From positions 13,291 to 77,290 of the forward strand of contig VBOG01000078.1 in NCBI GenBank assembly GCA_005877815.1: DNA of 64,000 nucleotides, read 5' to 3'. Shown in pieces: positions 28,091 through 36,557 of this stretch. A program made the translations under genes and the position numbers. The notes under the pieces are model-generated. The model saw nothing but the letters and a program-made list of their open reading frames with translations, did not search any database and had not been told where the DNA came from. Origin of the DNA: Nitrospirota bacterium. Its GTDB lineage: Bacteria; Nitrospirota; Nitrospiria; Nitrospirales; NS-4. How positions within the stretch are numbered: the stretch's first letter is position 1; every line of letters begins with the position of its first letter.

Positions 28091-29113
28091 ATGGCGAATC
28101 CACCGCGCGATCAACAAACCCCAGAGAACGAAGACCCTGACCTCGACCAGGACGAGTCCGACCTTCCGGACGAGACGCTGGCGATCGAGCCGATCGTCGA
28201 GGAGGTGGATGAATCGGAATTCGCTCTGCCGGAGCCCGGCAAGGACAAAGCAGACAAGGCCGTTGCTCCGTACGATCCGGTGCGGCGGTATCTGGCAGAA
28301 ATCCGCCGCTATCCCTTCCTCAGCAAGGAAGAAGAATTGCGGCTGGTTCATGACTTCCAAACGACCGGCAACCGCGACTCGGCGGTGAAGCTGATTCTGT
28401 CCAACTTGCGGGTCTCCGTGTCCATTGCCGCCGAGTACTTCCATTCAGGAGCCGACCAACTCGACCTCATTCAAGAGGGAAATGTCGGCCTGATGCAGGC
28501 GATCCGGAAGTTTGACGCATCGAAGGGCGTGCGCTTTTATTCCTACGCCGCCTGGTGGGTCCGCGCCTATATTCTTCGCTACCTGCTCAACAATTACCGG
28601 TTGGTGAAGATCGGGACCACCCAGGACCAACGCAAACTGTTCTACAACCTCAACAAGGAACGACGAAAGCTTGAACACGAGGGGTTCATTCCCGATGCGA
28701 AGCTTCTTGCCGATCGCTTGAATGTCCGCGAGCGCGAAGTCGTGGAGATGCAACAGCGGATGGGAAGTTGGGATATCTCCCTGGACGCGCCGCTAGGGCC
28801 GGACCAGGACGATACGCTGATGGACGTCCTCCCCTCGTCCGGCCCCTCCGCAGAGGAGAACCTGGCGAGCGAGGAACTCCGGGAATTGTTCCGTCACAAA
28901 CTCGCTGCTTTTGCGGCGACACTCGACGACCGCTACGCAGACATCCTCCGGAATCGGATTCTGTCCGATACTCCGCTGACGTTGGATGACATCGGGCAGA
29001 AGTACCATATCTCGCGAGAACGAGCCCGCCAGTTGGAGGAAAAGATTATCAAGCGGCTACGGGAATTCATGAAGAAGGAAGTCAAGGACTTCGAACTGCT
29101 GAGGCCAACCTGA
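28091..29113 (+). CDS. rpoH: RNA polymerase sigma-32-like factor with acidic N-terminal extension
   Basis: Regions 2-4 of the sigma70 family. RpoH-box-like ...KIGTTQDQRKLFYNLNK... About 60 aa of Asp/Glu-rich sequence precede region 1.2. Confidence 0.75.
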   Translation: MANPPRDQQTPENEDPDLDQDESDLPDETLAIEPIVEEVDESEFALPEPGKDKADKAVAPYDPVRRYLAEIRRYPFLSKEEELRLVHDFQTTGNRDSAVKLILSNLRVSVSIAAEYFHSGADQLDLIQEGNVGLMQAIRKFDASKGVRFYSYAAWWVRAYILRYLLNNYRLVKIGTTQDQRKLFYNLNKERRKLEHEGFIPDAKLLADRLNVREREVVEMQQRMGSWDISLDAPLGPDQDDTLMDVLPSSGPSAEENLASEELRELFRHKLAAFAATLDDRYADILRNRILSDTPLTLDDIGQKYHISRERARQLEEKIIKRLREFMKKEVKDFELLRPT

Positions 29114-29125
29114 GGGCTCCGAGAA

Positions 29126-29551
29126 TCAGGCCGGCTTCGCAGAGTGCTCCATCACGTGCCGCACCTTCTGGAGCAGACCATCAGGTGAGAACGGCTTATG
29201 AAGAAAATTGGCGCCTGGTTCGATAATGAACTGGCCTTCCTGCAACTGAATCTGCCGCGTACTGTCCGCGTGGCCTGAGACATAGAGCACCGTCATTTCG
29301 GGCCGGTTCGATAAGAGACGGGCTGCCAGTTCCAACCCGTTCATGCCCGGCATTTTCACGTCCGTCAACAGCAGATCGATTCTGCCCGTGTGCTCCTTGG
29401 CAATGCGCAACGCCTCAAGGCCGTCGCTGGCCTCCAGAACCGTGTAGCCGTTGTCCTGCAGCACTTGCACCATGATGATGCGAACCACCTCCTCATCATC
29501 CACCACCAACACGGTCTGGAAGGTGCGGTCGTGTTCTACGTTGGCACTCAC
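29126..29551 (-). CDS. stand-alone response-regulator receiver
   Basis: 141 aa. VLVVDDEE...DLLLTDVKMPGMNG...KPF. No output domain. Confidence 0.8.
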   Translation of the reverse strand: MSANVEHDRTFQTVLVVDDEEVVRIIMVQVLQDNGYTVLEASDGLEALRIAKEHTGRIDLLLTDVKMPGMNGLELAARLLSNRPEMTVLYVSGHADSTRQIQLQEGQFIIEPGANFLHKPFSPDGLLQKVRHVMEHSAKPA

Positions 29552-29633
29552 GAGGTCACTCCATCATGAAGGGATCTTGTCCAAAACAAGTACCGTCGCA
29601 GTCCGTCAGAGTGGACTCAAGCCGAGGGGACTC

Positions 29634-30041
29634 CTAGGGAGTCACCGGCGAGTCAAGGACTTTTCGAACTTTCGTGGTGAGCCGATCCGGCGTGAAGGGC
29701 TTTTGTAAGAAGTTCGCCCCGCGCTGCAAGGCCATTTCATTGACAGTCGCGCTATCGGTGTGACCGGAGATATACAGGACCTTCACGCCTGGTCTCAAAG
29801 GCATCAGTCGCTCGGCCAATTCCCGACCGTTCATCTTTGGCATTTTAATATCCGTCAGGAGCAGATTGATCGGACCCGTGTGCTCATTGGCAATGCGCAA
29901 CGCCTCGGGACCGTTGCTTGCTTCGATCACGGCGTACCCGCTTGCCTGGAGGACATGTAAGACAAACTTCCTGACGATCTCGTCATCATCGACAAGAAGA
30001 ATCATCTCGGTATTTTTGGCTTTGTCCTGTTCCCCGTCCAC
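29634..30041 (-). CDS. stand-alone response-regulator receiver (paralogue of 29126..29551)
   Basis: 135 aa. ILLVDDDE...NLLLTDIKMPKMNG...KPF. About half the residues are identical to the neighbour. The 18-nt run GGCAATGCGCAACGCCTC is shared at DNA level. Confidence 0.8.
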   Translation of the reverse strand: MDGEQDKAKNTEMILLVDDDEIVRKFVLHVLQASGYAVIEASNGPEALRIANEHTGPINLLLTDIKMPKMNGRELAERLMPLRPGVKVLYISGHTDSATVNEMALQRGANFLQKPFTPDRLTTKVRKVLDSPVTP

Positions 30042-30116
30042 TGTCCCTTCCTTTCGCCAGCGGCGTTGTTCCGGCCGTATGATAATTCAAAACCTAGGAC
30101 ATTCGCCATTCCCTTT

Positions 30117-30992
30117 TTATTTCGCCGGATGTGCGGCCGGTCGCACCTTGCCGAGTTCGGCAGAGAAGGAGGAACAGGTCCCCATCAGGACTCCGGCGAC
30201 AATAAGCGCGCTCCCCAGCCAGGCGACCGCATGCATATACTCCCCTAATACCAGCCACGCAAGCCACGCCGCAAGCGCGGGCTCCAGCGCGAAAATCAGG
30301 GCCACGCGCTGAGCCGGAACATGCGCCTGGGCCCAGACCTGCACCACAAACGCCACCCCGGTCGCCAGCGCCCCCGTGATGAACAGCGCGGTGAGGAAGG
30401 TCGGCGTCATTGCCACGGACAGCGATGGTAACCCCCATCCGAGCCCGGCAGGCATGAGCGCCATTGTGACCATCACGAGCTGCCAGAACGTAAAGGACGC
30501 CGGGTCGGTCCGGCGGCTGAACCGTTCAATCGAGATGATATGCATCGCGAAGGCGGCGGCGCAGGCCAGAGTGTACATATCGCCGGCATTGACGCCCGCA
30601 AAGGGCCTGACAAGCAACCATAAGCCGGCGACCGCGAGGGTGAGGGCGATCCACAACCTTCTCGTCAAACGGCCCATGAACAGGGGCACCAACACCACGT
30701 ACAGCGCTGTGATGAACGCAGAATTGGAGGCGGTGGTCTCCTGAAGCCCGACGGTCTGCGTCACATATCCCACCAACAGAAACGCCGACGAGATCGCCGC
30801 CGCTCGCAATGTCTCAAAGTCGGACCGGAGGGCGTACCGGCAGGCGAGAATTCCGCCCCCGACGACGACGACGCTCACCAGGAATCGCAACTCAAGGAAG
30901 ACAAGCGGCGGTGACTGGACGAGCGCCAATTTGGTCGCGGGAAATGTGGCCGCCCAGATGAACGTCGTCAGGAGCAGCGCGAGATGGGGCAT
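30117..30992 (-). CDS. EamA/DMT-family transporter
   Basis: 291 aa, 10 TM, with the duplicated EamA-type topology. Confidence 0.75.
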   Translation of the reverse strand: MPHLALLLTTFIWAATFPATKLALVQSPPLVFLELRFLVSVVVVGGGILACRYALRSDFETLRAAAISSAFLLVGYVTQTVGLQETTASNSAFITALYVVLVPLFMGRLTRRLWIALTLAVAGLWLLVRPFAGVNAGDMYTLACAAAFAMHIISIERFSRRTDPASFTFWQLVMVTMALMPAGLGWGLPSLSVAMTPTFLTALFITGALATGVAFVVQVWAQAHVPAQRVALIFALEPALAAWLAWLVLGEYMHAVAWLGSALIVAGVLMGTCSSFSAELGKVRPAAHPAK

Positions 30993-30996
30993 TCGG

Positions 30997-31455
30997 CTAC
31001 TGAACCAGCACCGATGCGATGACCAGGGCAGTCAACAGCACCAGGATGGCCTGATAGAGGAGGACGCTGCGATCGCCGAGCCATGCATGTTGCCAGCTTT
31101 TCGGATAGAGCGCAGTCCCCGTAAGATATCGGCCTTCCTCATACAGCCCGATGGCCTGCTCGATCCTGATCAACGCTTGCTTGGCCAGACGATGGCGTTC
31201 GGCTTGCTGGAGTATCAGAGCGGCCATGGTCCCGTTGAAAAGAACAACCCCGACGCAGGCCATGGCTTTGAGGAGGGGACTCCTGGCCGCCGGTACGACC
31301 GGGACGAACAACAACACCACAACCAACGTGGCGCCGCCGAATGCGGTCAGCCATATCATCCGCTCGCGCCGACGAAACACTTCCTCCTTGTACCATGGAT
31401 ACAGCCGGTCCAACACTTCGCGTCGCTTCTGCTCTTGCTGTAGTTCCCCTGTCAT
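30997..31455 (-). CDS. hypothetical membrane protein
   Basis: 152 aa, 3-4 predicted TM helices, no family recognised. Packed between the GlnE-like gene (4-nt gap) and the EamA gene. Confidence 0.5.
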   Translation of the reverse strand: MTGELQQEQKRREVLDRLYPWYKEEVFRRRERMIWLTAFGGATLVVVLLFVPVVPAARSPLLKAMACVGVVLFNGTMAALILQQAERHRLAKQALIRIEQAIGLYEEGRYLTGTALYPKSWQHAWLGDRSVLLYQAILVLLTALVIASVLVQ

Positions 31456-31458
31456 GGA

Positions 31459-33060
31459 TCACATCAAGGCCCTGACCCCGACAGGGCGCGTGCGTCGAGG
31501 CCTGATCTCTCCGGCGAGCACCCGAACAAAGATGTCGTGTATTCTTTCCGCGTGGCGGGCGTAATCGCGCCGGAACAACTCTTCCGCTTGGGCCTCCTCG
31601 GCATCCTTGTACCCCAACCGCAGCGCGCACACATGCAATTCGACAGGATCGGCGGATAAGGTGTGCGTCTGCTGTTCTTCCACCATCTGCAGCTTATGCT
31701 CCACGTTCCGGAGGAACCAATACCCATCGAGCAGAAACCGGTGCTCGCCCGGCCCGATGAGTCTGGCCCGGAACAATTTGCCCAACGCTTTTTCAGTATT
31801 GCGTTCTTGAACAGGCATGGCAGCGCCGAACATGGCCTGCAGAGTCTGGACCGCCAGTTCCACCTCGCGAATGCCACCGCGTCCAAGCTTCACGTTTCGT
31901 TCGGATTCTTCCCGAGCGACCATCTTCTGATCAATCAACCGTTTGATCCGCATGACCTCCGCCAAGATGGCCTTCGGTTGCGCCTTGCGGTAGACAAAGG
32001 TCCGGATGACCTTCAGAAAGCTCTTCCCGAGGGCTTTATCCCCGGCGACCGGGCGGGCTTTGATCAGCGCCAATCGCTCCCAGGGCTGTCCCCGCCCGCC
32101 TTGGTAATATCGGCCGTATTCCTTGAGCGACCCGACGATCGCTCCCGCTTTTCCCTCCGGCCGCAGCCGCAGGTCCACACGAAACAGATAGCCTTCATTC
32201 GTGACAGCGGACAGCGCATTGGTGACGTCTTGCGCCAGGCGGCGAAAATACTCGGCACGAGGCAGCCGTGAAGTCTTCCCGCCGCTCTTCGTTCCGGTCG
32301 TCGTCGCCGCGTCGGACCCGCACAGATAGACGAGGTCCACATCAGAACTGAAATTCAATTCCTCCCCGCCCAATTTCCCCATCCCCAGCACCGTGAATCC
32401 GGTGCGCGCATACCCGTACGCCTGAGCCAGTCCTTCCCTGCAGACCGCATATGCCTGCTGAATGAGGACGTCAGCCAGATGCGACAATGCCGCCGTCGTT
32501 TCGCGAACCGACGCCTTGCCCAATAGATCACGGATCCCGATCGCGAGCAACTCCCGTCGTTTGAATCGCCGAAGCGCGTCCAATTGACGTGCGTGCGACC
32601 GCAACGAGCCGAGCGTCGCACGGAGGTCCTTTTCCAGCACACGCCGCGATCGGCAGCGATCCAGCACCTCAGGTCTCGCGGCCCAATAGAGGTATTCCGG
32701 ATTCCGGATCAAGCTTTGAGAAAGAAAGGGGCTGGACCCGAATACGGTCATGAGCAGATGCAGCATCGCCGGGGAATCGTGGAGGGAGGAGAACAGTGCG
32801 ACTTTGCTTGACGACGCCTTCGCAAACCGCTCCAGATAGTCAAGCGCCTGGTCAGGGTCGGCAGAATCAGCGGCCTCGTCCAGCACCGCCTCGACCAGAT
32901 CCGCCAAGCGCTGCCGTGCCAAGGGATCGTCCGCGAGCGCTTGCAAATTGGCATCGGCGCGCGCGCAATCACGGAATCCGTATGGGCGCAGAATGTCGGT
33001 GACGGCATGCGCTCCTAGTTCCGGTGAGAGAAGCAATACGCGCGGAGAAGACCTGGGCAT
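31459..33060 (-). CDS. GlnE-family nucleotidyltransferase, single-module protein (resembles one half of GS adenylyltransferase)
   Basis: ...VLGMGKLGGEELNFSSDVDLVYLC... NTase motif followed by the GlnE helical domain (...RVDLRLRPEG...). Only one module in 533 aa. ATG 33060 is preferred over the track GTG at 33132. Confidence 0.75.
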   Translation of the reverse strand: MPRSSPRVLLLSPELGAHAVTDILRPYGFRDCARADANLQALADDPLARQRLADLVEAVLDEAADSADPDQALDYLERFAKASSSKVALFSSLHDSPAMLHLLMTVFGSSPFLSQSLIRNPEYLYWAARPEVLDRCRSRRVLEKDLRATLGSLRSHARQLDALRRFKRRELLAIGIRDLLGKASVRETTAALSHLADVLIQQAYAVCREGLAQAYGYARTGFTVLGMGKLGGEELNFSSDVDLVYLCGSDAATTTGTKSGGKTSRLPRAEYFRRLAQDVTNALSAVTNEGYLFRVDLRLRPEGKAGAIVGSLKEYGRYYQGGRGQPWERLALIKARPVAGDKALGKSFLKVIRTFVYRKAQPKAILAEVMRIKRLIDQKMVAREESERNVKLGRGGIREVELAVQTLQAMFGAAMPVQERNTEKALGKLFRARLIGPGEHRFLLDGYWFLRNVEHKLQMVEEQQTHTLSADPVELHVCALRLGYKDAEEAQAEELFRRDYARHAERIHDIFVRVLAGEIRPRRTRPVGVRALM

Positions 33061-33120
33061 GGTGGCATTATACCGTGGAAGCCGAGCGGGCACGAGGGAC
33101 GATCCGGTATAGTACCGGCC
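33061..33120. promoter_or_regulatory. divergent promoter region with -10-like hexamers abutting both start codons
   Basis: Plus strand: TATAGT (33108..33113), then 7 nt, then ATG 33121. Minus strand: TATAAT (33072..33067), then 6 nt, then ATG 33060. No Shine-Dalgarno motif before either ATG. The -35 regions are poor. Confidence 0.35.
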
Positions 33121-35283
33121 ATGACTCCTCACGCATTATGGCGTGCTCTCCTTGCCCGTCCCTGGGCTCTTGGGACGGACACGATTCGCGCCTACTGCGC
33201 CGGAATGCCGCCGGAGTACCGTGGACGATTCTCGGTCGAGACGATCGCCGAACATCTTCGGCTACTGGAAGATCTCAAAGACACGCCCATGCGTGTCCGT
33301 ATTACGCCGTTCGAAGAGGGGACTTTTGAAATCGTCATCGCGGCGCGCGATTATTTCTCTGAGTTTGCGATCATCACGGGGCTGCTGGCCGCCTTTGGAT
33401 TCGATATTCAGGAAGGCTTCATCTCCAGCGCTGAACGCTACATCCTGGATCTCTTTCGCGTACGGTCCCTTGGTTCACAGCGTTGGAACAGCGAGACGCA
33501 GAGTCAGTTTCAGGATGAGTTGACCTGGCTCGTCGGCCTGCTTGCCGAGGACCGCTTTCAAGAAGCGCGAGGACATGTGAACCGTCGTCTCACGGAAGCA
33601 CTGAGCGGCCGGGACGTCGCGGCCGCGCGGCTCGGACCTCTCGATGTTCAGTTCCGGAATCAGACGACGCGACCCTGGACCATGATGGAGCTCACCGGGA
33701 AGGATAGCCCCGGCTTCCTGTACGCCTTGGCCAATGCCTTGGCTCTTCGAGGCATCATCATACATAACGCCTACGTCCGCACCACGGCGCACGAGATCCA
33801 CGATCGGGTCGGCATCACCGATCGTCACGGCCGCAAAATCACGGGCACACGGCTCCAAGCCGAACTCCGCATCACGACGGTATTAATCAAGCAATTCACC
33901 CACTATTTGCCATCCGCACCGGACCCTGCCAAGGCCCTCGCTCACTTTGATGGAATGCTCGACCAGCTCCTCGCCGATACGCGAGCAGGCCGCATGCCCG
34001 CCTTTCTGCGCGAAAAAACCACCTTGGACTTTCTGGCCCGCTTGTTCGGGACAAGCGATTTTCTGTGGGAAGATTTTCTGCGGCGCCATCTTGACACCCT
34101 GCTGCCTGTCCTCCAAAAGCCAGGCCCAGTTGTCCGAGACCGGAATGAGTTGGCGCGCGATCTCCGCAAGCAACTTCGCCCGGCGACGACGTACACGGAA
34201 CGTAAAGAGATGTTGAACGCCTTCAAAGACCGGGAGTTGTTTCGCATTGATATGGCGCACCTGGCCGACCGCAACACTCGTCTGGAGCCCTTTTCCCTCG
34301 CCCTCTCCGATCTGGCGGAACTGGTCCTCGAAGAAGCGTGCCATGTGTGCGTCACCGAGCTTCACGTTGAATACGGCACACCGCGCATGTCCAACGAACG
34401 ACCCTCGCGGTTTGCCATCTGCGGTCTGGGCAAATTCGGCGGACGGGAAATGGGATATGCGTCCGATATCGAAGTGCTGTTCGTCTATGACGGGACCGGA
34501 GTGACTGACGGACGGACCTCTCTGGAGACCAGCGAATACTTTGAACGCCTGTCGCAAATGCTCCTGCATGTCATCGAAGCGAAGCAGGAAGGCATTTTTC
34601 ATCTGGATGTTCGACTGCGGCCGCACGGGGGAAAGAGCACCCTGGCGAGCTCCTTCGATGAAATGGCCCGGTACTACGCCAGGTCAGGCCCGGCGGCCGC
34701 GTTCGAGCGCCAAGCCCTCATTAAGCTGCGCTGGGTCGCAGGTCATCGCACCCTGGGAATGCGCGTCGAAAGGCTTCGGGACGCGCTTGTCTACAGTGAA
34801 GCGTCATTCGACATTAAAGCTGCGCTTGAACTACGAGCACGTCAGTCGGCGGAATTGGTTGGCCTCAGCGAAGTCAATGTCAAGTTCAGCCCAGGAGGGC
34901 TCGTGGACATCGAATATGCCGTGCAGTATCTGCAGATCATGCATGGCTCTCGTCATCCGGGCCTTCGCACGCCCACGACGCTTGCGGCTCTGTCGGCGCT
35001 TCGTAAGGCGGGGTTGCTGTCGGCGGCGGAGGAGACGGGACTGCGCGACAGTTATCTCTTTCTACGCCGGGTGATTGACGCCATGCGGATCGTCCGGGGA
35101 AACGCCCGGGACCTCGTGCTGCCTCGCTTGGACTCGGAGGAGTTTACCTTTCTGGCTCGGCGGCTTGGCTATCATGCGCCCCGCTGGAGCATTGGCACCG
35201 CGAAGCTACAGCGCGACATGTATCACCATATGTCATGGACTCATCGTTTCTTTAGATCGCGGTTTCGAAGCCCTTCCGCCTAA
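33121..35283 (+). CDS. ACT-ACT-like N-terminal region fused to a single GlnE-family nucleotidyltransferase module
   Basis: C-terminal 450 aa: ...ICGLGKFGGREMGYASDIEVLFVY..., ...HLDVRLRPHG... (GlnE module). N-terminal 270 aa: FEIVIAARDYFSEFAIITGLLAAFGFDIQEGFI... and WTMMELTGKDSPGFLYALANALALRGIIIHNAYVRT...DRVGITDRHGRKI, which resemble the ACT domains of GlnD. Confidence 0.75.
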   Translation: MTPHALWRALLARPWALGTDTIRAYCAGMPPEYRGRFSVETIAEHLRLLEDLKDTPMRVRITPFEEGTFEIVIAARDYFSEFAIITGLLAAFGFDIQEGFISSAERYILDLFRVRSLGSQRWNSETQSQFQDELTWLVGLLAEDRFQEARGHVNRRLTEALSGRDVAAARLGPLDVQFRNQTTRPWTMMELTGKDSPGFLYALANALALRGIIIHNAYVRTTAHEIHDRVGITDRHGRKITGTRLQAELRITTVLIKQFTHYLPSAPDPAKALAHFDGMLDQLLADTRAGRMPAFLREKTTLDFLARLFGTSDFLWEDFLRRHLDTLLPVLQKPGPVVRDRNELARDLRKQLRPATTYTERKEMLNAFKDRELFRIDMAHLADRNTRLEPFSLALSDLAELVLEEACHVCVTELHVEYGTPRMSNERPSRFAICGLGKFGGREMGYASDIEVLFVYDGTGVTDGRTSLETSEYFERLSQMLLHVIEAKQEGIFHLDVRLRPHGGKSTLASSFDEMARYYARSGPAAAFERQALIKLRWVAGHRTLGMRVERLRDALVYSEASFDIKAALELRARQSAELVGLSEVNVKFSPGGLVDIEYAVQYLQIMHGSRHPGLRTPTTLAALSALRKAGLLSAAEETGLRDSYLFLRRVIDAMRIVRGNARDLVLPRLDSEEFTFLARRLGYHAPRWSIGTAKLQRDMYHHMSWTHRFFRSRFRSPSA

Positions 35284-35720
35284 AACTCCTTGTACGGAAG
35301 CCATTTGCCGTTCATCGTAATTTTCACCCGCGCCTCGCCCTGGGCACCGGTCACTTTTTCCATATCCATCGTAAAGTCAATTGCGCTCATGATGCCGTCG
35401 CCAAACATTTCATTGGCCATGTCGCGCAGCGAGTCGCCGTATACGCCAACGATTTCCATCAATCGGTACTTGAACGGATCGGTCGTGATCGGAAAGTCGG
35501 TTCGCACCGGAAACCCCGAGACCGCATGCGCCACTTCCAACGTCAGTCCGAGCGCCGCCGCGAGCTTTTTCTCTTCATCCGGCCCAAGCCGCTGTTGTCC
35601 ATTGAGCACGGCGGCCATGTAGACGGGGTTCCTGCCCACGGCCTGCCCCAAGGCTTGAAAGGTCATCTTTTCTTCCTGTCGTTTATTCCGAATGATCGCC
35701 AACGCCTCCATCCTATCCAT
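35280..35720 (-). CDS. cynS: cyanate hydratase (cyanase)
   Basis: 146 aa. C-terminal ...SAIDFTMDMEKVTGAQGEARVKITMNGKWLPYKEF is the canonical cyanase catalytic domain. N-terminal HTH-like half. Confidence 0.9.
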   Translation of the reverse strand: MDRMEALAIIRNKRQEEKMTFQALGQAVGRNPVYMAAVLNGQQRLGPDEEKKLAAALGLTLEVAHAVSGFPVRTDFPITTDPFKYRLMEIVGVYGDSLRDMANEMFGDGIMSAIDFTMDMEKVTGAQGEARVKITMNGKWLPYKEF

Positions 35721-36549
35721 GGATTCCTCCTGTGTGATGACTCATTGCCTCCGCTGGACGGTCGCATCTGCGCGACCGTTCCACCAGGAAATGGATAATG
35801 TGGTTTCGAATCTTATAATAATGCGGGTGTTCAATGATCGAGGTCCGGCTTCTCGGCCGCGGGATGGTGATGTCTACGACTTCCGCAATCTCGGCTTCCG
35901 GCCCGCGCGTCATCAGCATGATCCTGTCGGACAACAAGATCGCCTCATCCACGTCATGCGTGACCATGAAGACCGTGTTTCGTGTCCGCATCCAGATGCT
36001 GACGAGTTCCTCCTGAATCGCCCCGCGCGTCAAGGCGTCGATCTGGGCAAAGGGTTCGTCAAGCAGCAAGACTTTCGGCTCGACCGAAAATGCGCGAGCA
36101 ATGCCCACGCGTTGGCGCATCCCGCCAGACAGCATGGCCGGCCGCTTCGAGGCGGCGTCGGTGAGGCCGACCATCTCGATGTACTTCAGCACGCAGGCAT
36201 GCACCTGGGTCTGTGCCCACGCAGGATGCGCCGCCTTCACGGCCACACGAATATTCTCATAGACCGACATCCACGGCATGAGGGCGAAATTCTGAAACAC
36301 CACCATTCGATCCAATCCCGGCGCATCAATCTCTTTGCCGTCGAGAACGACTCCGCCCGCCGACGCGCGCTCCAGTCCGGCGATGATGTTGAGGAGCGTG
36401 CTCTTGCCGCAACCCGAATGTCCGACCACCGTGACAAACGTGCCTTGATCAATGCCGCACTGCACGTCTTTGAAAATGCATTGCATGCCCCTGCCGCTGG
36501 GATCGGGGAAATATTTGCTGACGTACGAGACTTCCAAGAACGCGCCCAT
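35713..36549 (-). CDS. ABC transporter ATP-binding protein (NrtD/CynD, nitrate/cyanate/bicarbonate type)
   Basis: 278 aa from ATG 36549 (AGGAGAG upstream). GHSGCGKST Walker A, LSGGMRQR signature, LLLDEPF Walker B. The longer track ORF is rejected. Confidence 0.85.
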   Translation of the reverse strand: MGAFLEVSYVSKYFPDPSGRGMQCIFKDVQCGIDQGTFVTVVGHSGCGKSTLLNIIAGLERASAGGVVLDGKEIDAPGLDRMVVFQNFALMPWMSVYENIRVAVKAAHPAWAQTQVHACVLKYIEMVGLTDAASKRPAMLSGGMRQRVGIARAFSVEPKVLLLDEPFAQIDALTRGAIQEELVSIWMRTRNTVFMVTHDVDEAILLSDRIMLMTRGPEAEIAEVVDITIPRPRSRTSIIEHPHYYKIRNHIIHFLVERSRRCDRPAEAMSHHTGGIHG

Positions 36550-36557
36550 GGGCTCTC

